Positions 19,854-27,517 of a stretch of DNA of 64,000 bases are shown piece after piece; position 1 is the stretch's first letter, and every line of letters starts with the position of its first letter. This DNA comes from an uncultured Alphaproteobacteria bacterium. GTDB taxonomy: Bacteria; Pseudomonadota; Alphaproteobacteria; Bin95. Location of the stretch: positions 8,432-72,431 of the forward strand of contig CALLKY010000030.1 in NCBI GenBank assembly GCA_938083135.1, written 5' to 3'. Made by a program: the position numbers and the translations under genes. Under the pieces are notes generated by a model. That model did no database searches, was not told where the DNA came from, and worked only from the letters and a program-made list of their open reading frames with translations.

Positions 19854-20014
19854 TTCGGCTCTCCTTTTGCTGAAGTGTGCAACATCGCAAAGCAGAGATA
19901 GGGTGGAGTACAGACTGCGTTAAGTTGTCGCAGCTATCGGCCGCGCGAATGTGACGTGGCGTTACAATGCACTTGGCATCCAGTGCGCTGGCTTTTGTTC
20001 GCTAAATCAACGCG

Positions 20015-21094
20015 TTAGACGATTAGCAGTGCTTTCGCGTCTCGCCAAAGCTCTGGCAGAAGCGTTTCGGCTGATTGGGCCTGGGCAAGACCGCTTGCTT
20101 GACCAGCCCAAGCCTGGATTCTGTCGATATCGCCAGCTTTCGTCCCAGCGTCCCGCATGCCTTGGGTGAGGGCGCGCTGGACGGGGTAGGGTGCGGGACT
20201 TGGCGCATCTGAACGCGCAGCAGCCTGCGCATAGGCCGTTGCGATACTGCGTCCTGCACGTCCAGAGAAGGCACGAGTCACCATTGTGTCCTCTGGCGTT
20301 GCGGCACCGATAGCGTCGGCCCATGCTGGCACCAAACTGGCTTCCGGCGTCCGCAGTAGACCTGTCCCGATCTGGACTGCAGAGGCACCGAGTGTGAGCG
20401 CAGCCGCAATCCCGCGTGCGTCTGCAATGCCGCCTGTTGCCACCACTGGCACATCGACCGCATCAACAACTGCTGGCAGGAGAGCAAACAAGCCGATAGC
20501 CTTTACCTCCGCATCTCCTGCATCGAACGCGCCGCGATGACCGCCAGCCTCAGCACCCTGGGCTACAATCACGTCAGCGCCTGCGGCAGCCGCAGTTTTG
20601 GCTTCAGCCACAGTGGTGACCGTGGCGAACCATGCGATATTGCGGGCCTTCATCTCCACAATGAATTCAGGCGGATAGACACCCATAATTGATGAAATGA
20701 TGCTTGGGCCTGCGTCCAGCATTGCAGCGCATTGGGCCTCGAAATCTGGGCCGGGCCGGTCTGCCGCATCATCGGGCACATCGGGTCCCCACTGATGCAA
20801 AAACTGGCGTAGCTGGGCTTCATTCTCTGCATCTCGGGCGGGGGCAGGGTCCGGGATCCACAAATTCATCTGGAAGGCACCATTGGATGATGCGCGGACA
20901 TCTTTCGCCCAGGCTTTGATGGCGTCTGGCTGCATCAAAAGCGCACCGCAAGCACCGAGGCCGCCCGCGCGGGCGACAGCAGCGGCGAGGGGGGCAGGGC
21001 AGGCACCGGCCATGGGTGCCATCAGGATTGGCAATGCGAGGCCAAACCGCTCTGCGAATGCTTCAGCCAGTTGAATGCTTGTGGATCGTGTCAT
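20015..21094 (-). CDS. Nitronate monooxygenase (2-nitropropane dioxygenase family, FMN-dependent).
   Basis: ILMAPMAGACPAPLAAAVARAGGLGACGAL and VVATGGIADARGIAAALTLGASAVQIGT are NMO TIM-barrel signatures. GGAG RBS. Confidence 0.85.
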   Translation of the reverse strand: MTRSTSIQLAEAFAERFGLALPILMAPMAGACPAPLAAAVARAGGLGACGALLMQPDAIKAWAKDVRASSNGAFQMNLWIPDPAPARDAENEAQLRQFLHQWGPDVPDDAADRPGPDFEAQCAAMLDAGPSIISSIMGVYPPEFIVEMKARNIAWFATVTTVAEAKTAAAAGADVIVAQGAEAGGHRGAFDAGDAEVKAIGLFALLPAVVDAVDVPVVATGGIADARGIAAALTLGASAVQIGTGLLRTPEASLVPAWADAIGAATPEDTMVTRAFSGRAGRSIATAYAQAAARSDAPSPAPYPVQRALTQGMRDAGTKAGDIDRIQAWAGQASGLAQAQSAETLLPELWRDAKALLIV

Positions 21095-21106
21095 GGGGCC
21101 TCTCCA

Positions 21107-21574
21107 TTAGAATACGCCTGCCTCAAGTCCGGCGGCCATGGTCAGCCCAAGCTCTTTGCATTGCGCCTCAAAGGCAAGGTCATAAGGGCCGCCCATGATC
21201 AAAGGGGCTTGGACTGCACGCCAGCAAAGGCCAGTTACGATTTTTTCAACGGCGAATTTTGTCCCATCACCGCCATTCTGACCAGCACGGATATAAAGCG
21301 CATAGGGGAGGCCTTCAGTCCGCTCGATCACGGCATAATATGTGCGATCAAAGAAATCCTTCAGCGCGCCGGACATATAGGCCAGGTTTTCCGGCGTTCC
21401 GAGAATCAGTCCATCGGCGGCTAGCACATCATCTGGGACAGCATCGAAGGCAGATTTCTCGATCACTTCGATATCAGCAATATCTGGGTGGCGGGCACCA
21501 CGGAGCACAGCGTTCTTGAGCGCCTGCAAGTTTGGCGACGGTGCGTGAGCGATGAGGAGAAGACGTTTCGTCAA
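21107..21574 (-). CDS. Flavodoxin-like NAD(P)H-dependent FMN reductase.
   Basis: A 155-aa protein with the LLLIAHAPSPN...ADGLILGTPENLAYMSGALKDFFDR pattern. TTG start overlapping the LuxR stop. Confidence 0.55.
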   Translation of the reverse strand: MTKRLLLIAHAPSPNLQALKNAVLRGARHPDIADIEVIEKSAFDAVPDDVLAADGLILGTPENLAYMSGALKDFFDRTYYAVIERTEGLPYALYIRAGQNGGDGTKFAVEKIVTGLCWRAVQAPLIMGGPYDLAFEAQCKELGLTMAAGLEAGVF

Positions 21575-21575
21575 G

Positions 21576-22333
21576 TCAGTTTGTGATCCAGCTCTGGCGC
21601 GCGGCGATGGCGACGGCTTCAGTTCGATTGGCGGCGTTCAGTGTCTTCGAAAGTTCGGCGATATGGAACTTCACTGTGCGTTCGCTGACACCAAGAATAT
21701 CTGCGATCTCACCATTCGCGCGGCCCTTGGCCATCCAGGTCAGGCATTCCTGTTGGCGGCGGGTTAGCTTGACCTGCGCAGTCTCATCTTCTCCCTCAAG
21801 GAATACAAAATCGATGATGGAGGCGGCGAATGCGCGGGCCATATGGGCGAGTTCCGGCGTCGCTGCGGCAACCTTTTCAGGCGTTTCAGGATCGCCGCCG
21901 ATGCAATAGGCATTGATGACTTGGCAGCGTAGTGGAGTATGCACAGGTAAGTTGATATCGTATTTGAATCCGAAGCGCTTCTCCAATGAATACAGCCAGC
22001 GCCGACGCCGGTTAGGCTCTTCACCGCTGCGGGCTTCCTCGGTGGTAAATGGACGGTCAAACTTGGCTGCCGCTCGTAACAGCGGATCATCCTTGTAGAA
22101 GTTGCGTGCGATGTAGAGTGCCTCAAACGCCTTCAAATGTGCAGGGCCACGAGACAGCATATAAACATCGTTGCCGACAAGTGCTTCGACGGGCTTTCGC
22201 AAGTGCGTCCAATAAACGAATCCTGCAAAACCAAACTGTTCAGCGCATATTCAAATTCGTCCGCCAATTCATCTAGGCCATCAGCGTTCTGGAGTTTGCG
22301 ATAAAAGTCATCGCCCATCTGAATTTTCTCCAT
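21576..22333 (-). pseudogene. LuxR-family autoinducer-binding-type transcriptional regulator, interrupted by a frameshift.
   Basis: The C-terminal HTH (LTRRQQECLTWMAKGRANGEIADILGVSERTVKFHIAELSKTLNAANRTEAVAIAAR) and most of the ligand-binding domain are in one frame (21576..22250). The N-terminus (MEKIQMGDDFYRKLQNADGLDELADEFEYALNS) is in another frame (22236..22333). Restoring one T in a T-run (plus-strand A-run at 22231-22238) would give a continuous ...EYALNSFGFAGFVYW... protein of about 250 aa. Confidence 0.6.
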
Positions 22334-22451
22334 CAGATATCACCGCCGCCTCATCCCCATCGTTCAATGGCGAGAGGTCGCGCAATCAATACCAGACTTC
22401 GGCTAGACACAAGAAAAATTAATGGCGGTATCTAAATGCATACACAGATTA

Positions 22452-23240
22452 TCAGAATGATTGGCGCAATCTTATAGAGAGAGATGTGCTCTCAACGGCT
22501 TCATCACCGACCCTTACATCGCCTTCAAAATCAAGGGCTGTGCTTGGTGCTATTTTGAACCGGACGCCGCCTAGAAGTTTGGCAGAAAGCGTATCCCTGG
22601 CTGTGCTGCCTAGCCCGGGTTCCTCTTTGAAGCTGTACCGGCCTTCGATCCCAGCCATCATGGAGATACCGCCAAGAATGGGGGCGCGATACTGCATGAG
22701 AAGTTCAGTTGCCCGGGCGCTCAAATGTTCCGTGGGCAGACCTTGAATTTCAAGCCGTGCCTCAGAGAAGTTGGCGGTCAATGTGAATTCCGCCGTGGCT
22801 TTACCAATGGGCATGAAATAGTAGGCAAACGGGCTGATCTCACCACTTTCAAGCGCCAAGTCTGCCTTGGCACCGAAAGCGCGGACATCGCCCGCGTCAT
22901 AGCTATAGGTGGCACCGAGACCCAGATAGAAGCCCGGGAAACTTGCTGGTGCAATTTGATAGGCACCATAGGCTTCAATGGACCCACCACGGGCAGAAAC
23001 TTCGGAGAAGAAGAATCCGCTGCCAAAGTCGCCGTCGGTATCCCGTCCTTCCAATACGCCACCAAAGGCGAAGTTGCCCCAGACCATATCGACGCCGATC
23101 TCTGGCCCGATGCTTTCAAGGTTAGACGGCGTGGAGCCGCCAATGACGTTGCGCTTCTCACGGTCTAGAGATGCACCTGCATAGATTTCGCCGGTAACCG
23201 GCTCACTCTTCGCTGCGAATGGCAATGCGGTTGCAAGCAA
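22452..23240 (-). CDS. Outer-membrane beta-barrel protein (OmpW/opacity/porin-like).
   Basis: The sequence shows alternating amphipathic beta-strand patterning and a C-terminal ...SLSIRLRQSF (terminal Phe). The signal-peptide-like ARNSAACALAVLLATALPFAA lies upstream of the first TTG and has no in-frame ATG. Confidence 0.55.
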   Translation of the reverse strand: MLATALPFAAKSEPVTGEIYAGASLDREKRNVIGGSTPSNLESIGPEIGVDMVWGNFAFGGVLEGRDTDGDFGSGFFFSEVSARGGSIEAYGAYQIAPASFPGFYLGLGATYSYDAGDVRAFGAKADLALESGEISPFAYYFMPIGKATAEFTLTANFSEARLEIQGLPTEHLSARATELLMQYRAPILGGISMMAGIEGRYSFKEEPGLGSTARDTLSAKLLGGVRFKIAPSTALDFEGDVRVGDEAVESTSLSIRLRQSF

Positions 23241-23413
23241 TACGGCAAGCGCGCATGCGGCTGAATTCCGGGCTTGTCCGGCAAAACAAGGGCAAAATTG
23301 GGCCAGAGTCCCCTCCGCTTCGTTGCCCGAAATTCCATAGAAATAAGCAGTTAGCCAGGAGCTGGACCAGTTGGATAGGTTGAGAACTCAACCCGGTTCG
23401 CAAGACTAAGCAA

Positions 23414-24073
23414 ATGTTAATGCGAATGCCAACATCCCAAAGCGATACCCAGGGGCGAAAATTGCCTGCCGTCTGGTTGATCTCAGTGCTTTTCGTCAGC
23501 GCGCTCACGCTCTCAACCGCACAAGCGCAGACTGAGATTGTCACGACGGCTGTGCGGGCAAATCAGTCTGAATTCATCATCCGTGACGGCATGGACGCCG
23601 GGTTTTCCGGCCGTGTTCATGTGCATTTGGCGCAAGGTGTGTGTGTTGGTTCAGATCAGCCGACGGACATGACGATCAAATCACTTACGCTGTTCGAAGC
23701 AGTTCGCGGCCGGGTTCTTGATGGTGATCAGGGCAAGGTGTTGGTGAACGCGACTGAAGCGCAGGTGAAGGAAACTGAGCGGGCGGGACAGCTTGCTGGA
23801 TCCATTTTGCAGGCCGCCTCGCAAAACAGTCTTGGTGCGTTTGGGTCTGATCGGGCGATCAATTGGTTCAATGCCAGCATTACAGACGCGCAGCTGCAGC
23901 TGACGGCTGAGCCGGTGGCCTCACTGCTGGTTAAGCCGGACGGAACGCCTGCGGCGGCTGTGTTGGCTGGCTGCTACACGACGCAGCAATTGCAGAAACT
24001 GCGCGGCCTGCTTGTCACGTCCGCACAAGCACTGACGACAGATTTGCAGTTGCCACGGATCAATCCACGTTAG
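23414..24073 (+). CDS. Secreted hypothetical protein (219 aa) with a signal peptide; first gene of the secreted cluster.
   Basis: The signal peptide KLPAVWLISVLFVSALTLSTAQA-QTE is present. The gene ends 8 nt before the next ORF. Confidence 0.45.
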   Translation: MLMRMPTSQSDTQGRKLPAVWLISVLFVSALTLSTAQAQTEIVTTAVRANQSEFIIRDGMDAGFSGRVHVHLAQGVCVGSDQPTDMTIKSLTLFEAVRGRVLDGDQGKVLVNATEAQVKETERAGQLAGSILQAASQNSLGAFGSDRAINWFNASITDAQLQLTAEPVASLLVKPDGTPAAAVLAGCYTTQQLQKLRGLLVTSAQALTTDLQLPRINPR

Positions 24074-24095
24074 CCGCGCGATGCCTTGGGGGAGA

Positions 24096-27000
24096 ATGTC
24101 TATGAAATACTTCGGTATTGCAGTCACTGCCGCTCTCTTCGGAGCATTGCTTGGGGCACCTGCAGCGGGCCAAGGGCTAACGAAGGATGAGCGCGCAAGG
24201 GCGCTGAAGCTCACGAGCGAGCTTGAAGCGCGCTTAGACCAGAGCTGCCAGCCTGTTGTTGATCAGATCCGCTCAATTCTGGATGATTTTCATACGTTCC
24301 AAGTTGCCCGCAGCACGATTGCGAACGGCTACCAGGCTGAAATTCAGGCAACCCAAGCCGAGCTTGCCAGACCATTCCTGCAAATTGAGGCTGAGTATGA
24401 AGCATTTAAGCGGCGGGCGCTGGATGCAGAGATTTTGCTCGGCGAGGACGTCGCGAGTGAAATTCATGATCCCGATCTTGATGAATTCAATATCTTCGGC
24501 GTTCCAATGGAGGGGTTGGCACTGACGGCATCTTCGATTGAGAAGGTCGAGGAGATGACGCCAGAGTTCAATCAGCTCAGGCTGCAATACGACGCCCTTG
24601 TCGCTGAACATCGCGAGCGTGCCAAACGCATGGCAAAGCGCTTTAACGATAATTTGATCAGCGGGTTCCGCTTTCTGGATCAAACTGCTGAACGCATTCA
24701 GGCGCGGAAAGATGCGCTGGTCGCACTTTTTGCAGATCAAAGCGGGCCATTCGCTCATTGTCTTGGTTATTCAGGCTCAACGAAAGATGAGATTGGCGCG
24801 CTTGTTGGCATTCCTGCACTGGTCACGCCGATTTCAAAAGTGCTCGGCCTCAATGTGCAAGCGCCTGAACCGGTGGAGAACATTGGTGAGCGCCTTGTGC
24901 AGCTGGGCATCCTGGAACCACCACCAGAACCCAAGGTCGAGATCAAGCGGAATGGTGAGGAATATCTAGAACTCTTTGCTGGCCTTTTGGAGGCCCGTAA
25001 TGAGGGCGATAGCGCCATGATCAAGGCCGAGGCGCTGACGGCCGTGACCCATGTATTGGAGACTGCGAAGGCCTTCACTTACGGGATGTTCCTAGGGCCG
25101 CTCGAGCCATTTACCCGTGATGACCTGACCGTCATGCAGGCTTTCTATCAATCGGGCAAAGACATGACCGTCGGCGCAGTCCAAGGGGCTGTCGATTCCT
25201 TTGCGGTCGTCATCGAAAATGAAACACAGCGCGGTGCGGAACTCTACACCGCACTCGGCGGTGGGGACCTGACAGCGGCAGCCGCGTTCGCTGATTTTGG
25301 TGGCGCGATGCAGGCCGTCGTCGCGACGACTAGGATCACGCTGAATACCTTGAAATCGAATGCGGCACCTAAGCGGTCCGATCATGTGAGTGGGATCGTT
25401 GGACTTGTGGCTTATGTCGATGAATTACGCTTTCACAACGAAGATTTGAAACTGTTGGCGGAGCAAACCGCAGACAGCGTCGCCAAATTCAATCGTGCTG
25501 TTGATACATGGATGGCTGTTTTCCAAATCGCCCTGACGTTTGAAGGGGGCAAGGGGACGGTAAAGAACGCCAAAAATCTGGGCGGGAAAGTCAAACAGGA
25601 TGGCGCTGTCGTCGGCTCGTTCAGCTTTCTGGTCGAGCGCGCCAAGGCTTCATATGACCAAGCCAACATCCGGTTTGAGCAAGGCAAAGCGATTGCGCGC
25701 AAAGGCAAGGAGTCCATCGTTGCAGCGAAGGATTTGCTATCCCGCAAAAAGCTGGGCGAGGACGTGCCGGCCGATGCAGAGCTTATTGCGACCAAGGTTC
25801 TGGATGAGCAGCAGCGGATAGAGGAAGCGCTGGACGCAGAGACTTCCATCTCAGAAAGCACGGCATTCCTGAACCGTCAGATAGATGCGTCTGTGGACTT
25901 CAGTGGTGCCAAGTTCCTTGATGAAGTGACCAATGCGCGGCCAACGCCCGATCAACCAGATGGTGGGGCAGCAAAAACCCGCATTGTTGAACCCGACCCG
26001 CCACCACCACCGCCGCCGCCACCTCCTCCGCCAAGACGCACCGCGCGCGATCTGGGCGTGGTTGAGGGCGCAAAGCCCGGCAAGCCAGATTTACCGCCTG
26101 TCCTCAGCGCTGAAGAAGTCGGCCCGAAAGTGACGCCCATTGAAATCGCGCCGCAGGGTGAAACCTTCGCACTGAATGACGGCAGGCAGATTGATGTGGA
26201 GATCGGCGGGCAATCGCTTTCAGGCAATGTCAGCGATGTCTTTCTGGGCGACGATGTCGTCATAAAACTGGTGAAAGACACTGGCGACGTTGCAACGGTG
26301 AATACGCCAAGGACAGCCGACACCATCAACCGGATTGAGACAGCGGCAGCCACCTTGAACGATTTGGACGCGGCCTTGGATGGCGTGGGCGTTGGTGCGT
26401 CGCGCTTCCTCGGCGACAAAAAAATCAAAGTAAAGGTAAAAGTTGTTGGCCCGGACGGGGAGGTCACCTTCCGCAAAGAAGAGCGCACGGCGCAAGTGTT
26501 CGAAAAATTTGAGACGAAATCGAAGAACAATGAAATTGTTCAAGGCTTTGGCGATGATATTTTGCGCCAACAAGGCGCTTTCACGCCCGGTCAGGTACAG
26601 GCGATCGTTCTGGGCAAGATATTATTGACGGATTTCGGCGTCGTGTTGCGCGACTTCAAGCCGGATAACTTTGGTCTGGTGAAAATCGGCGAGCCTGACT
26701 CGTGGAAAATCCATATCACAGATGTCGATATGGTCCGTCGATTAGGTGATACCCGCACCGCGAAAGGCAGGCTCAAAGGCGATACATCGGCAGATTTGCG
26801 CAAGATTGCGGATTTCCGAATTCGGGGCAAAGATTCTCCTGCTACCAAGATCAATGACGTCCGCGTTGATCTGGACGGGATTCAGCGTGTTGAAGGCAAT
26901 GTCGGCCTGACAAAAGATGCGCTCGACAAAGGTATTGCGACACCTGATGGCGATGGCCGCTTCACGATTAATCCTGACGATAAGCTGGCAAATGAGCTCC

Positions 27001-27512
27001 TGGACAAATTCGTCGAGGATCCTGACGCCGCCATCCAAGACATCTTTGGCAATGATAAAGCCTCTGCCGACGCCATCCAGCAGAAGCGCGCCATAATCCA
27101 AAAGCAGGGTGAAGAACGCGCGCAGAAGCTGCGTGAAGAGCAGTTGACGTTGGAAAATGCGGAGCGTGCTGAAGCCGAAGCAAAAGCCAATGAGGCAGAG
27201 ATTGGGAACAGCATCGATACCGAATTGCCGAAGATTAAGTTTGCCACTGATGGCGACGATGGCGGGAGCAGTAGTGGTGGTGGCTTCAGTCTTGACGACT
27301 TTGATACCGATGGAGAAATCAGCAGCAATCAGACATTTGAAACGCCGAAGAAAGACACATTCTTACTGGATTCCGATAACGGCAGTGATGGCTCTGAAAC
27401 GCCGCTTGATACAAATTTTGGCACGAATGAACCCAATTTTGGTGCCATGTTTGGAGATTTGTTCAAGAACAAGGGCGATGGCGACAGCCCGCCTACAGGT
27501 GGCGGGAGTTGA
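24096..27512 (+). CDS. Large Sec-signal protein (about 1140 aa): helical N-terminal half, poly-Pro linker, protein-kinase-like domain, acidic disordered tail.
   Basis: Signal peptide MKYFGIAVTAALFGALLGAPAAG-QG. Twelve consecutive Pro codons at 25998-26033. Kinase-fold motifs: Gly-loop EIGGQSLSGNV, beta3 Lys in DDVVIKLVK, catalytic loop VLRDFKPDNFGLV, and a DFG-like KIHITDVDM. Confidence 0.7.
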   Translation: MSMKYFGIAVTAALFGALLGAPAAGQGLTKDERARALKLTSELEARLDQSCQPVVDQIRSILDDFHTFQVARSTIANGYQAEIQATQAELARPFLQIEAEYEAFKRRALDAEILLGEDVASEIHDPDLDEFNIFGVPMEGLALTASSIEKVEEMTPEFNQLRLQYDALVAEHRERAKRMAKRFNDNLISGFRFLDQTAERIQARKDALVALFADQSGPFAHCLGYSGSTKDEIGALVGIPALVTPISKVLGLNVQAPEPVENIGERLVQLGILEPPPEPKVEIKRNGEEYLELFAGLLEARNEGDSAMIKAEALTAVTHVLETAKAFTYGMFLGPLEPFTRDDLTVMQAFYQSGKDMTVGAVQGAVDSFAVVIENETQRGAELYTALGGGDLTAAAAFADFGGAMQAVVATTRITLNTLKSNAAPKRSDHVSGIVGLVAYVDELRFHNEDLKLLAEQTADSVAKFNRAVDTWMAVFQIALTFEGGKGTVKNAKNLGGKVKQDGAVVGSFSFLVERAKASYDQANIRFEQGKAIARKGKESIVAAKDLLSRKKLGEDVPADAELIATKVLDEQQRIEEALDAETSISESTAFLNRQIDASVDFSGAKFLDEVTNARPTPDQPDGGAAKTRIVEPDPPPPPPPPPPPPRRTARDLGVVEGAKPGKPDLPPVLSAEEVGPKVTPIEIAPQGETFALNDGRQIDVEIGGQSLSGNVSDVFLGDDVVIKLVKDTGDVATVNTPRTADTINRIETAAATLNDLDAALDGVGVGASRFLGDKKIKVKVKVVGPDGEVTFRKEERTAQVFEKFETKSKNNEIVQGFGDDILRQQGAFTPGQVQAIVLGKILLTDFGVVLRDFKPDNFGLVKIGEPDSWKIHITDVDMVRRLGDTRTAKGRLKGDTSADLRKIADFRIRGKDSPATKINDVRVDLDGIQRVEGNVGLTKDALDKGIATPDGDGRFTINPDDKLANELLDKFVEDPDAAIQDIFGNDKASADAIQQKRAIIQKQGEERAQKLREEQLTLENAERAEAEAKANEAEIGNSIDTELPKIKFATDGDDGGSSSGGGFSLDDFDTDGEISSNQTFETPKKDTFLLDSDNGSDGSETPLDTNFGTNEPNFGAMFGDLFKNKGDGDSPPTGGGS
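25998..26033 (+). repeat. (CCN)12 trinucleotide tract encoding poly-proline.
   Basis: ccg cca cca cca ccg ccg ccg cca cct cct ccg cca, in frame with the 1143-aa ORF. Confidence 0.9.
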
Positions 27513-27517
27513 GCCGC

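Noticed and set aside
22133-22333. 66-aa ORF treated as an independent small gene.
   Set aside because: It is better explained as the N-terminal fragment of the frameshifted LuxR-family gene (see findings).
25952-26530. 192-aa minus-strand ORF with a poly-Gly run.
   Set aside because: This is an artefact of reading the (CCN)12 poly-Pro tract on the opposite strand.
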